A DNA stretch of 64,000 bases from an uncultured Gemmatimonadales bacterium (lineage in GTDB: Bacteria; Gemmatimonadota; Gemmatimonadetes; Gemmatimonadales; Gemmatimonadaceae): NCBI GenBank assembly GCA_963707505.1, contig CAVPQB010000006.1:640001-704000 (forward strand). The letters run 5' to 3'. The translations under genes and the position numbers were made by a program. Below, one piece after another: positions 31,921 to 41,719 of this stretch (position 1 is the stretch's first letter; each line of letters begins with the position of its first letter). The notes under the pieces are model-generated. The model searched no databases, was not told where the DNA came from, and saw only the letters and a program-made list of their open reading frames with translations.

Positions 31921-32559
31921 GTGAATTCGTCCGTACCTCCGGAATTCGAGCATCGGTACATCGCCGGCGAGGGCAGCCTCGCCGGCCTCACCGTGTTGCT
32001 GTTGCACGGTACCGGAGGTGACGGCGATTCATTGCTTCAACTGGGCTACACACTGGCACCAGGCGCCACGCTTCTGAGTCCTGCAGGGAAGGTGCTGGAG
32101 AACGGTGCGCGGCGCTTCTTCAAACGAGTGGCGGAAGGTGTGTTCGATCAGGAGGATCTGGCGCTACGCACGCGAGAGCTGGGCGAGTTCATTCGCGACG
32201 CCGCACGTGCGTACGACCTCGATCGGCATCGAATCGTGGCTGTCGGCTACTCCAATGGAGCGAACATCGCCACCAGTCTCATGCTGCGACAGTCGGATGC
32301 ACTTGCCGGCGCCGTGCTGTTCCGGCCGATGGTACCGTTCACGCCGGAGTCACGCGTGCTGTTGAGCGGGGTTCCGGTTCTGATCTGTGCGGGCGAGATG
32401 GATCCGCTGCTGCCATTCGGCGACACGGAACGTCTTGCGGAAATTTTCCGGTCGGCCGACGCGGATGTGACCGTGCACATCGAGCACGCCGGTCACGAGC
32501 TTGCAATGGGCGACGTGATCGCAGCGCGCGACTGGATTACGCGGAACTACGACGTCTAG
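31921..32559 (+). CDS. Alpha/beta hydrolase (phospholipase/carboxylesterase family)
   Basis: LLHGTGG, GYSNG nucleophile, DPL, GHEL. Confidence 0.9.
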   Translation: MNSSVPPEFEHRYIAGEGSLAGLTVLLLHGTGGDGDSLLQLGYTLAPGATLLSPAGKVLENGARRFFKRVAEGVFDQEDLALRTRELGEFIRDAARAYDLDRHRIVAVGYSNGANIATSLMLRQSDALAGAVLFRPMVPFTPESRVLLSGVPVLICAGEMDPLLPFGDTERLAEIFRSADADVTVHIEHAGHELAMGDVIAARDWITRNYDV

Positions 32560-32579
32560 CGTGCACGAGCGTCCTGGCG

Positions 32580-33356
32580 TCAGGGCTCGCACGCCGTCGT
32601 GAGGCGATCCACCACGCGCTCCACGAAACGCTCAATCGGCAGTGGCTCGCGGATCGCCGCAACCGAAAGCCCGCTGACAGCGATACATTGCTGCCGTAAT
32701 GCACGCTCCGAGCTCAGCCCAACCGCTCTGGCGACGTCGAGTAGGGTGAGGCTTCTGTCGGTGAGCACGTCGTAATTCCTGAGTAGTGTGAGCGCCGCCA
32801 CGAATCCTGACGGAGATGCGATTCCTGCGTTCCTGAACTGGCGCGACAGAGCCCAGCGCGTGATGCCGCAGATGCGGGCGAGCCTTTCGACCGAGTCGAT
32901 TCTGTGCCCATCGTCGCTCACATGATCGATGCAACTGCACAGCGCCGATGGGACGGTCTCAAGTCGGCGCGACAGAGCGGTCACGAGCAACTGAGCCCGC
33001 GTGGCCCGTGACTGGCGTCGCAGAATGTCAGCAAACGTCGTTGGATCGTCGTTGTATCCATAAGTGACGATCTCTCCGATGCCGAGCTCGCGAATGAGAT
33101 CGATCGATGCCTGCGCGTACTCCGGCGTGAGCAATATGTACAGTACGGTGCCGAGGTGCGCGCGAGACAGCGAGCCGGGAATGCCGCGATCGCGCTCTGC
33201 AAGCATGGGGTCCACGACAGCCACATCGGACGATCCACGCGTTACGGCATCGATGAAGTCAGCCGTACCTGATCGTATCGTCACCGATCCCGGAGGCATC
33301 ACAGCCGCGCGTGCGCGGTCGTGAAACGGTCTCCGGAGCATTGCCAGCGCTCTCAT
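32580..33356 (-). CDS. Divergent AraC-like HTH regulator
   Basis: C-terminal double HTH SVERLARICGITRWALSRQF...LLDVARAVGLSSERAL; N-terminal degenerate receiver-like segment (VAVVDP). Confidence 0.72.
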   Translation of the reverse strand: MRALAMLRRPFHDRARAAVMPPGSVTIRSGTADFIDAVTRGSSDVAVVDPMLAERDRGIPGSLSRAHLGTVLYILLTPEYAQASIDLIRELGIGEIVTYGYNDDPTTFADILRRQSRATRAQLLVTALSRRLETVPSALCSCIDHVSDDGHRIDSVERLARICGITRWALSRQFRNAGIASPSGFVAALTLLRNYDVLTDRSLTLLDVARAVGLSSERALRQQCIAVSGLSVAAIREPLPIERFVERVVDRLTTACEP

Positions 33357-33405
33357 CGAACGCCGTGCGCCCTTTGCGTCAAGAAGATCCGTCCTCGCGT
33401 GTCCC

Positions 33406-34755
33406 CTACAGTGCAGTGCTCATGGCAGCGCTCATCGGAGCGCTCGTATCGACGCCGTGTCCGGCTGCCATGATATCGAGCGACTCGGCAACGTGGCGAA
33501 TTTCAGACGGCACGCTGTCCCAGCCAATCGAAATTGCGGACGGGTTAGGCATCACATCGTCACTGACGGCGACGGTGTTCGAACGGGACCGCTCCGAACG
33601 CGGTGGTATCTCGCTGGGAGCGTTCTCCAGTGCCAGCAGGATATCACTCAGCTCTGTCTCTGCCTCGAACACAAGCTGAAAGTGCTGGTACTGATTTGCG
33701 AGCTCGATCGCCCTTTCCGCAGCCGATCTGGCCTCAGCAAGTCGGTTGAATCGCCGACATCCCTGTGCGATGAACAGCGCATATTGTGCTTGCTGGCGAG
33801 GTGTCAGTCGCTCGTCAGCGAGCTCAGCGCGGAGTGCGTCGAACCGCGGCATGCCTTCGTGATGTGCAGCGAGAAAGAACAGATTGAGCGTCGCATGACG
33901 TCTGACGTGTCTGTCGGGCGCAGCTTTCTGTACGACACGAAGCGCAGCCGATGCAACTGTGGGGAGTCCATAGTCACTGAGGAAGGATGCGAGATCGACC
34001 AGCGTCTGGTACTTGAGCTCGTCGTCGTCGTCCAACGTATCGAGGATACCGAACGCGAGGGAGATCGCCTGTTCGTACTCGCCACTCATGTTCGCGACCC
34101 CTGCGAGTGCAAGGGTGACTCTCGGAACGACCGAGGGGCACGATAGACGCGCCCGCTTGCCAATACCCGTGAGACGTAGTCGCGCCGCCTGCAGATTGCC
34201 GCGGCTCCACAGCAGGTTCGCCTCGCCGATCTGCGCGCGGAACGCGATGGACAGGTCGCCCGCTTCCCGGCCAAGCTGGGATGCGCGACGGTAGGCGATC
34301 TGCGCCATCTCCCAGTCTGCACACATGCGGTACGCGCGTCCCATCAGCAAGCGCGACTCCGCCGCGAGCCACGTCTCGCCGTCGAGCTCGGTATCCATGC
34401 CTGCGAGTGCGAATACCGTTGCGGCCATTGCCCACTCGCCCTCGCTGACAAGCGCCTGTCCGTACATCAGAAGCGAAGTGTACGTCGCCTTTCGTCCCAC
34501 GCGGATCGGTCCTGCACTCTCCCAGAAGTGAAGTGCGCAGATCATCGCTTCGAGCGCCGTGCGCAGCTTCGGCGAAGCGTCGATGCCTGCCACATCGGCT
34601 TCGACCTTGCGGAGGGCATCGAGCTGGAACGAATTCATGCCGTTCGTCTTGACGCTGTCGTAAATCTGCAGGATGGTGAATCCTGCGGCCGTGCGCGCGA
34701 ATTCAGCATCCGATCGTGCTGTAGCGAGATGCTGGAGGAACGAGATCTCTGTCAT
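33406..34755 (-). CDS. Divergent TPR-like helical repeat protein
   Basis: Ala-rich periodic helices (LLMGRAYRMCADWEMAQIAYRRA, IGEANLLWSRGNLQAA, LAGVANMSGEYEQA); ATGA overlap with upstream regulator. Confidence 0.7.
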   Translation of the reverse strand: MTEISFLQHLATARSDAEFARTAAGFTILQIYDSVKTNGMNSFQLDALRKVEADVAGIDASPKLRTALEAMICALHFWESAGPIRVGRKATYTSLLMYGQALVSEGEWAMAATVFALAGMDTELDGETWLAAESRLLMGRAYRMCADWEMAQIAYRRASQLGREAGDLSIAFRAQIGEANLLWSRGNLQAARLRLTGIGKRARLSCPSVVPRVTLALAGVANMSGEYEQAISLAFGILDTLDDDDELKYQTLVDLASFLSDYGLPTVASAALRVVQKAAPDRHVRRHATLNLFFLAAHHEGMPRFDALRAELADERLTPRQQAQYALFIAQGCRRFNRLAEARSAAERAIELANQYQHFQLVFEAETELSDILLALENAPSEIPPRSERSRSNTVAVSDDVMPNPSAISIGWDSVPSEIRHVAESLDIMAAGHGVDTSAPMSAAMSTAL

Positions 34756-35657
34756 GGCTTGGTTACCGGTTCGCCGGACGCCTTGAGGCGTACGTGTCGG
34801 GGGCGAGGTCTGCCGTGGATGAGTGTCAGCGACGGCTTGGCATCTTCTGCGGGACTGCCGGAAACGTTCGATTTCTGACGCGGCTTCCGTTCCGTCAGCC
34901 GCAGCGCGAGTGTGTCCGCCGCCTCGGCGGCCCTGAGCGGTCGAGCGCGGAGCTTTCCGCTCGTGGTGTCGAGGAGCAAGGTGAATTGCGCATCCATCGT
35001 TCTCTGTGACTTGTATCCAAGCAGCGAGGCGATGGTGGTGAGCGGAATGCGAGATCTGGTAATCGTTCTGTAGGCAGACGTGAGGTGCGTCGCCTCGACC
35101 AGTTTTCTCGCCGACACGAAGCCAGCATCGGCGATATAGCGATCCATGCTGCGCCGCGGCAGCGAGACGGCCGCCGACAGCGCGTCGGGGGAATGGGGGC
35201 CATCGCCGGTGCGGAACATCGCGAGCAGTCTGTCGCGGATGACAGGCGGTAGGAGATTCAGGTTGCTATCCAGCCTGGACACGAGCGCGGTCCAGAACTC
35301 AGCGTCAGGCGTGAGAAGGAGGGCGCGCTCGAGCAACGAGCGCTCGTTCGCGGTACCTCTGAAGACAAAGCGGGCAGGGGTTCGTTGCGCCAGGATCACC
35401 GAGCTTTCGAGCGCTGCGGTGCTTACCGAACTGAAGGCGACCACGGGCCGCGGAAACTGCGCAAGGCTGGCCGCGATCGACTGCGCGATGCCCGCAGTAA
35501 CGAGTGCTGGATCGAATACGAGGCAGTCGTCATTTGGAAAGGCGAGCGCGGCCAGAAGCTGACGCGTGTCCGGGATGGAGTCGATGATACCGTATCCACC
35601 CAGGGCTGCGTACACGTAGCCCATCGCCTGTGGCGCCAGAAATACGATGTACCTCAA
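34752..35657 (-). CDS. Divergent AraC-like HTH regulator
   Basis: SPDALSAAVSLPRRSMDRY..AGF...LTTIASLLGYKSQRTMDAQF; N-terminal CLVFDP parallels 32580-33356. Confidence 0.72.
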   Translation of the reverse strand: MRYIVFLAPQAMGYVYAALGGYGIIDSIPDTRQLLAALAFPNDDCLVFDPALVTAGIAQSIAASLAQFPRPVVAFSSVSTAALESSVILAQRTPARFVFRGTANERSLLERALLLTPDAEFWTALVSRLDSNLNLLPPVIRDRLLAMFRTGDGPHSPDALSAAVSLPRRSMDRYIADAGFVSARKLVEATHLTSAYRTITRSRIPLTTIASLLGYKSQRTMDAQFTLLLDTTSGKLRARPLRAAEAADTLALRLTERKPRQKSNVSGSPAEDAKPSLTLIHGRPRPRHVRLKASGEPVTKP

Positions 35658-35756
35658 TCAAGCCCCGCTGATGCACCTGCTGTCTGCGACATGGCACTCC
35701 TTCCCCGAGCGACGAGAACCCTTCAATAAGGTAGCGTCCGCCCGGTGCCGCCGAAA

Positions 35757-35792
35757 TGCGATTTTCGGCCAAGCACTGCGATTTCCGGCCAA
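35757..35792. promoter_or_regulatory. 16-bp direct repeat pair (period 20), candidate AraC-type operator
   Basis: TGCGATTTTCGGCCAA-gcac-TGCGATTTCCGGCCAA, 15/16 identical, 100 nt upstream of the AraC-like gene. Confidence 0.55.
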
Positions 35793-35811
35793 CCCGGGAA
35801 CGTGGGGTGAG

Positions 35812-35840
35812 CTGGTCGTAGCCTGGTCGTAGCCTGGTCG
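35812..35840. repeat. 11-bp tandem repeat, about 2.6 copies
   Basis: CTGGTCGTAGC CTGGTCGTAGC CTGGTCG. Confidence 0.8.
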
Positions 35841-35901
35841 GGGGGGGCCAGCCGCGAGCGGGTGCCTGGACCGCAGGCACCCGCTCAAATCCACAGTCCG
35901 G

Positions 35902-36090
35902 CTAGGGGCGTGCGACCTTGACGATGGCGGCAGACTGGGAGGTGCTGTCGGAGCCGCAGCGATCCCAGCCCTGGGTTCCGCCGCCGCTGCACAGGGCGTT
36001 GGAACGGGGGGCGGTCGGTTCTGCGCAAGCGACAGCGAGCGCGGCTAGGACTGCACCAAGGATGGTGATGTATCTGGTCGTACTGCGCAC
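35902..36090 (-). CDS. Small secreted lipopeptide (62 aa)
   Basis: GGAG RBS; basic N-terminus, hydrophobic core, lipobox AVAC, then AEPTAP...CSGGGTQGWDRC. Confidence 0.72.
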   Translation of the reverse strand: MRSTTRYITILGAVLAALAVACAEPTAPRSNALCSGGGTQGWDRCGSDSTSQSAAIVKVARP

Positions 36091-36427
36091 ATGATCTCCG
36101 GCAAGGGGGTTGAGCAGGGAGATTTACAGGGAGTTTCCCCAGTACGAAATGCTCGTTTGCGCCAATTACCTGCGCTTTTGTGCGGGTCGCTCCGATTGGC
36201 TGGAATTCGCAGTTCGTGGCTTGAATGCGCACTTGTCCGATCGCTGTCGCCGAGCAAATGTATGCTGTATGGCTGCGCTATGCGGAATCGACCGGACAAT
36301 GGCATGTGGCATCGCTCGAAGAATGAACTCAGCCAAGCGCCTTAAGGAATGGGCGGGGTCACATGCCAGTTTCCGCCTGCGAAGCCGGATCTTAGCCACT
36401 TTCCATCAGCATTGAACACCATAAGTC

Positions 36428-36649
36428 ATGCTCGACTCAGTTGTTACGTTTGATGTCGCCTCCCGGGTACGCGAGCTCGAGCTATCGATTGCTCGGCGCG
36501 TTCGCCAGGAATTGCGCCCCTACATTTGCGACGAGACGGAGTTGGAGCGCGCCACGAGCGAAGTCCTGATGATCAGCAGGGACTACGCCGGATCATTCCA
36601 TGCGATCAATGATCGGGCGCGTATAAGGCGGGAGCGGGACGTGGAGTAG
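36428..36649 (+). CDS. Small hypothetical protein
   Basis: 73-aa charged helical ORF with ATG start, co-oriented with the TonB receptor. Confidence 0.45.
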   Translation: MLDSVVTFDVASRVRELELSIARRVRQELRPYICDETELERATSEVLMISRDYAGSFHAINDRARIRRERDVE

Positions 36650-36693
36650 GCTGGGCCCACAGCGGTCCGACCAGTGCGGCCCGAAATTAGCAT

Positions 36694-38967
36694 ATGAAGG
36701 CCGCCATTACGCACGTCACCCTATCACAGATTGTACGAAGGAGTCACGGCCACCCTGCTGCGCATTCGGCGGCGATTGTCCTGGCGGTGTCGACGCTCTT
36801 TCTCATTCCCGTTACGGCGCAAGCGCAGCGGCGCACGTCCGCGCGCGATACGATCCCGTCCGATAGCTCCGCAAGACACAATGCGCATGCGGATACGGCT
36901 CAGCGGCTAAGGGGTGAGGTAATCACCGGTACGCGTCTCTCTCAGGCGGCTGACCGCACCGCTGCGCGTGTCGATCATCCGGACCTGACCAACGTGCCGC
37001 CCGGCCCTGCGGCTGCGGCCGACATACTCGCGCGGCTTCCCGGTGTGAGCAGCATCGATGATCAGGGCAGCCGCATCCAGCCAACGCTCACGCTCCGTGG
37101 ATTCACGCTCTCACCCGTCGTTGGCGTCCCGCAGGGAGTGAGCGTCTTTCTCGACGGCGTGCGAATCAACGAGCCGGATGCGCAGGAGCTGAACTTCGAT
37201 CTGATCCCGATGGAAGCGGTAACGAGCGCTTCGTTGATTCGCGGCCCGGCAACGCTTTTCGGCAAGAATACACTCGCTGGCGCACTGCTACTCACCACCG
37301 AGCGCGGCGATACGACGCCGCACGCATCGGCAACAATTGAAGACGGTGCATTCGGCTTCCGCAGCGCCACAGCAACGGCGAGCGGCGTCGCACCTGCACT
37401 TGGCGGGATCGACGGTTACATCATGGGTCGCGCGAGCAACGAGCGCGGCTGGCGCGATGCTACGCAGGCGCGGTCGCGAATGCTCTTCGCCAACATCGGT
37501 AAGAAGACTGATGCAAGTGATGTCACGCTAACCGCAATGTACGCGCACGACGCAGCATTTCTCGCGGGCTCCCTGCCGGAAAGCTGGATTACCGTGGATC
37601 CACAGGCGAATTATACCGACGGCGATTTCTTCGAACCAGAATTGCTTCATCTGGCGCTTCGCGGCGAGCGTGCTCTCTCACTGGGCGCAATACGCGCGAA
37701 TCTGTTCTTTCGCCGCAATAACGTTCAACAGTTCAACGCCAACATAGATGCGCCGAGTACACGTGCGTTCGTGGATAACAGATCTGCTGGCGGAACGGTG
37801 GAATGGTCGGTGCCGACGCACATCGGACGCCATGATCTCGCGTTCACACTGGGTTCGGAGTACAGCAGGAACGACGTGGATTATCACATCTTCGATGAGA
37901 AGACTTCCGCAGCTGCTGACTTGCCAACTGATTGCGACCAGATGTCCGGGTTGTGCGATAAGGTTCATGTTCCGGAAGATGACGCGTCGCTGTATGCACA
38001 GGGAATGCTGGCGGTATCTTCAAAGCTGTCGCTGACGGTGGCTGCGCGAGCGGACTATGTGCGCATTCCGTTCCGCGATCTGCGGGATCCGTCCAACGAC
38101 GGAACCAGTGTCTTTCGCCAGATGTCGCCGCGTATCGGAGCAACGTACCAGCTCGATGCGCGCACGAGTGCGTATGCGTCTGTGGGCACGGGCTTTCGCG
38201 CGCCTGCTGCGCTCGAGCTCGCCTGCGCGGATGTGAATGCACCGTGCGCGCTTCCGTCTGCGCTCGGCGACGACCCTCCGCTCGAGCCGGTTACCGTCCG
38301 CAGCTACGAAGTTGGCTTGAGTCGGGAGTTCGCGCACGAGGCGCGATTCGGGGTCAGCGCATACCGGACCGACGTGCGGGACGAGATTGTGTTTGTCGCG
38401 TCGAGCGTTACAGCGGGCTTCTTTCAGAACATCCCGCGCACGCGCAGGCAGGGGATCGAGATTACCGGTGAAGCAGGCCTCGGTGCCGGCTTCACCCTCG
38501 ACGCATCGTATAATTATCTCAACTCGACGTACGAGAGCACTGTCGCGCTCGCGTCGGAACTGGCCGGCAATGTGGTGCATCCGGGAGACAAATTTCCATT
38601 GTCGCCCGACAATCAGGCGAGCTTCTCCATCCAGAACACGCGCGCATTTCGCACTTCGGTTCTGCATGCACAGCTATCGATCCGGGGCGTTTCGAGTCAG
38701 TTTCTGCGCGGTGACGAGGCGAATCGCGAGCGGCAGCTCCCGGGCTACGCGACTACGGATGCGCGGGTTGAGTGGCAGGCGCATGAGTTCACTTTATCCG
38801 GCTATGTAACCAACCTGCTGGATCGGAGTTACGATACCTTCGGGGTTTTTGGTGAGAATCCGAAAGGGCCGTTGGGCGGTACACCTCCCGCCGCGCCGAC
38901 GCCGGAGCGGTTTCTTACACCGGCATATCCCCGCGCACTGACGGTGTCGTTGGCGATCCACATGTGA
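36694..38967 (+). CDS. TonB-dependent receptor
   Basis: Signal peptide, EVITGTR TonB box, plug LARLPGV...LRGF...VFLDGVRIN...IRGPATLFG, GFRAP, VTNLLD. Confidence 0.92.
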   Translation: MKAAITHVTLSQIVRRSHGHPAAHSAAIVLAVSTLFLIPVTAQAQRRTSARDTIPSDSSARHNAHADTAQRLRGEVITGTRLSQAADRTAARVDHPDLTNVPPGPAAAADILARLPGVSSIDDQGSRIQPTLTLRGFTLSPVVGVPQGVSVFLDGVRINEPDAQELNFDLIPMEAVTSASLIRGPATLFGKNTLAGALLLTTERGDTTPHASATIEDGAFGFRSATATASGVAPALGGIDGYIMGRASNERGWRDATQARSRMLFANIGKKTDASDVTLTAMYAHDAAFLAGSLPESWITVDPQANYTDGDFFEPELLHLALRGERALSLGAIRANLFFRRNNVQQFNANIDAPSTRAFVDNRSAGGTVEWSVPTHIGRHDLAFTLGSEYSRNDVDYHIFDEKTSAAADLPTDCDQMSGLCDKVHVPEDDASLYAQGMLAVSSKLSLTVAARADYVRIPFRDLRDPSNDGTSVFRQMSPRIGATYQLDARTSAYASVGTGFRAPAALELACADVNAPCALPSALGDDPPLEPVTVRSYEVGLSREFAHEARFGVSAYRTDVRDEIVFVASSVTAGFFQNIPRTRRQGIEITGEAGLGAGFTLDASYNYLNSTYESTVALASELAGNVVHPGDKFPLSPDNQASFSIQNTRAFRTSVLHAQLSIRGVSSQFLRGDEANRERQLPGYATTDARVEWQAHEFTLSGYVTNLLDRSYDTFGVFGENPKGPLGGTPPAAPTPERFLTPAYPRALTVSLAIHM

Positions 38968-38977
38968 ATCCGGTGCC

Positions 38978-39934
38978 ATGTCAAATCGAATTCCAATCGC
39001 AGCAATAATCGCTGGCTGCTTCATGATCGCGTGGGCACCGGCGACTGTCGATGCGCGCAACATGCCAGCACGAACGGTCGTCGCAGCCCAACCCGCGCTC
39101 GCGGACAGCACCGTTGTCGTGATGCTCGGTGTCGGAATGCCGAGGCCGGATCCAGATGCGTCCGGTCCGGCGACAGCTGTCCTGGTTGGGTCTCGCGTTT
39201 TTCTCTTCGATGCAGGTCCAGGCATCATGCGCCGGATGGCCGCTGCGCATCTTCCGATAAATGGCGTAACGGCTCTGTTCATCACCCATCTACATAGCGA
39301 TCATACGCTCGGACTTCCGGACCTGATCTTCACGTCATGGGTGATGGGGCGCAGGAACGCACTCGAAGCTTACGGGCCGCACGGATTGCAGGAGATGACC
39401 ACGCACATTCTGGAAGCGTGGAAGATCGACGAAGACGTTCGCACCAACGGACTGGAGCACGAACCGGCGAATGGCTACGCGGTGAACGTGCACGAGATCC
39501 AGCCGGGTGTCGTTTACGACAGCGGTGGCGTGCGCATCACGGCGATCCCGGTGCTGCATGGCAGTCTCAAGGAAGCGTACGGATACCGGATCGACACACC
39601 GACGCGCTCTGTCGTGATTTCGGGTGACACGCGGCCGTCGGACGCGCTGCTTGCCGCTTCGCGCAACGTGGACGTGCTGGTGCACGAAGTGTATTCGGCG
39701 GCGAAGCTCGCGCCCGAGAAGCGGCCCGGCGGCGACGCGTGGCCGCGCTATATGCAGGAGTTTCACACTTCCGACGTCGAGCTCGGGAAGATCGCCGCGG
39801 AGGCGAAGCCGAAGCTGCTGGTGCTCACCCACATCATAAGGATGGGGAGCAGCGACGAGGATTTGATCCGCGGCGTGCGCGCCGGTGGGTTTGGTGGGAA
39901 GATCGTGGTTGGCCGAGATCTGGCCCGATATTAG
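38978..39934 (+). CDS. Secreted MBL-fold metallo-hydrolase (RNase Z/arylsulfatase-like)
   Basis: FDAG, THLHSDH, ISGDT, LVHE, FHT, LTH; signal peptide. Confidence 0.88.
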   Translation: MSNRIPIAAIIAGCFMIAWAPATVDARNMPARTVVAAQPALADSTVVVMLGVGMPRPDPDASGPATAVLVGSRVFLFDAGPGIMRRMAAAHLPINGVTALFITHLHSDHTLGLPDLIFTSWVMGRRNALEAYGPHGLQEMTTHILEAWKIDEDVRTNGLEHEPANGYAVNVHEIQPGVVYDSGGVRITAIPVLHGSLKEAYGYRIDTPTRSVVISGDTRPSDALLAASRNVDVLVHEVYSAAKLAPEKRPGGDAWPRYMQEFHTSDVELGKIAAEAKPKLLVLTHIIRMGSSDEDLIRGVRAGGFGGKIVVGRDLARY

Positions 39935-40237
39935 ATGGGTTCTGGCTATACCGAGAACGTCCTGCCCCTACCATTGCTACGCCTTCGGAGTTGACGTAGA
40001 CTGGGCCTCGTATCGTGTCACTGCGCGTCGCGGACACCGGCTTGAGACTGCCACAAAAGGTATAATACGCGCTGCTGTGCGCCGACGTTGCGGTTCTTAA
40101 TACAGGCCGCCGGCGCGATGTCGGATTCGGAATAGTTAATATTTTATCCGATCTTGACAGCCCGGGGCCCACCTTTATGTTCGCTTGACATCACTGGCCA
40201 GCTGCTTCGTGCAGGGCCAGCCCGGTACAGCGACCCC

Positions 40238-41688
40238 ATGAAGATGAAGCGCCTCGCACTGTTGTTCCTGTCTCTCGTCACCACGGGTCTTGCGGCTGCG
40301 CAGAATGCGCCTCAAGAGCGTGACGTACTCGTAACTGGCGGATGGCTGTTCGCATCGACAGGCAACGAGCGAGTTCGCAATCCCGGCATTCTCATCCGCG
40401 CCGGCAAGTTCCTGCGCGTCGGCGGCGATCTCTCCATCGCCGCGGCGGACGCCGAGCGCGTTCAGCTCGCCGATACGGAGACGGTGATTCCCGGCCTGTT
40501 CGATCTCCACGCGCATTACGCGATGGATCTGTTCAACGCGGGCCGCAAGGACGAGACGACCGCGTATCCGTCGCTCTTTCTCGCGAACGGTGTGACGTCG
40601 ACGTTCCCGGCTGGCGAGATGAATCCGGACGTCGATGCACGACGCTGCGCATCAGGATCGATAATGGATTGGAGCCCGGGTCCGCGGCTGCTGAACTCCG
40701 GACCGTACTTCGGCACCGCACGACCCGAGTGGGATCGCAACATCATCGGTCGACACAGATCTACGCCGAAGTCGATCACTGGGCGGAGCACGGCGTGCAG
40801 CGGATTCAAGGCAAAGGGCATCACGCCAGACGCAGCTACGCGCGCTGATCGAGCGCGCGCACTCTGCACGGACTCACGGTGACCGGCCATCTCGATTCCG
40901 GCAATCGGCGAATCAGCGTGAATCCGCGCGACGCGATCCTTATGGGCATCGATCGCATCGAGCACTTCATGGGCGGCGACGCGTTCACGGCGGACAGTTC
41001 GGCGTACGCGTCGTACGAGCACATGACGTTCGACACGCCGGCGTTCAAGCGGATCGCCGCGCTGTACAAGACGCAACACGTCTACTTCGACGCGACGTTG
41101 AGCGCGTACGGTTACTACGGCAAGAAGGATCCCGCAGTCTACACCTACTTCACGGACGAGAGAGCGCTTCCTCACGCCGTACATGCGCTCAGTGATCGCC
41201 GCGCGGCCGCCACGCCCGGTGAATCAGCAGTTCGAGAACATCTACTGGACCAAGCGAAAGGAGGTCAAGGCGTTCTACGACGCTGGCGGCGGCGATCTCA
41301 TCACGCTCGGCACCGATCATCCGAGCTGGGGCGAGTTCTTCACGCCGTTCTCGGTGCACCGCGAGTTGTTGTCGCTTTCGCTGTCGGGCATTCCGAACGC
41401 GGCGGTGCTGCGCATCGCGACGATCAACAGCGCACGCGCGATCGGACTTGGCGACCGACTCGGGATCGATCGAAGCGGGGAAGTGGGCTGATCTCGTGGT
41501 CGTGCGCGGCAATCCGCTGGCTGACATTCGCCGAATCACGATTGCCGCGACTCGTGATCAAGGCCGGGACGGTCTACGACCCGCAGGCGTTGATGAAGTC
41601 GGTAGAGGGAAAGATCGGACCGGCGAGCGCCGCCGATACCGCCGTGTGGGCACCGACCCCACGCCAGCCGCGCCGCACGGTACGCTGA
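40238..41688 (+). pseudogene. Secreted amidohydrolase, multiply frameshifted (likely sequence error)
   Basis: Motifs spread over three frames: IPGLFDLHAH, LANGVT, NSGPYF, GFKAKG, TGHLDS, IEH, LGTD, ATINSA, GSIEAGKWADLVVVRGNPL. Confidence 0.8.
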
Positions 41689-41719
41689 CGGCGCTCGATT
41701 CAAACAGGGCAGTTACATC

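Noticed and set aside
35757..35792. Minus-strand TTGGCC...TCGCA as sigma54 promoters
   Set aside because: GG-to-GC spacing is 9 nt, not the required 10
35902..36090. RiPP precursor
   Set aside because: No radical SAM, YcaO, lanthipeptide or other modifying enzyme or exporter nearby; the lipobox fits a lipoprotein better
39935..40237. AT-richer intergenic stretch as sRNA, riboswitch or sORF
   Set aside because: No recognisable RNA motif; the minus-strand frames I checked lack a credible start; probably promoter DNA
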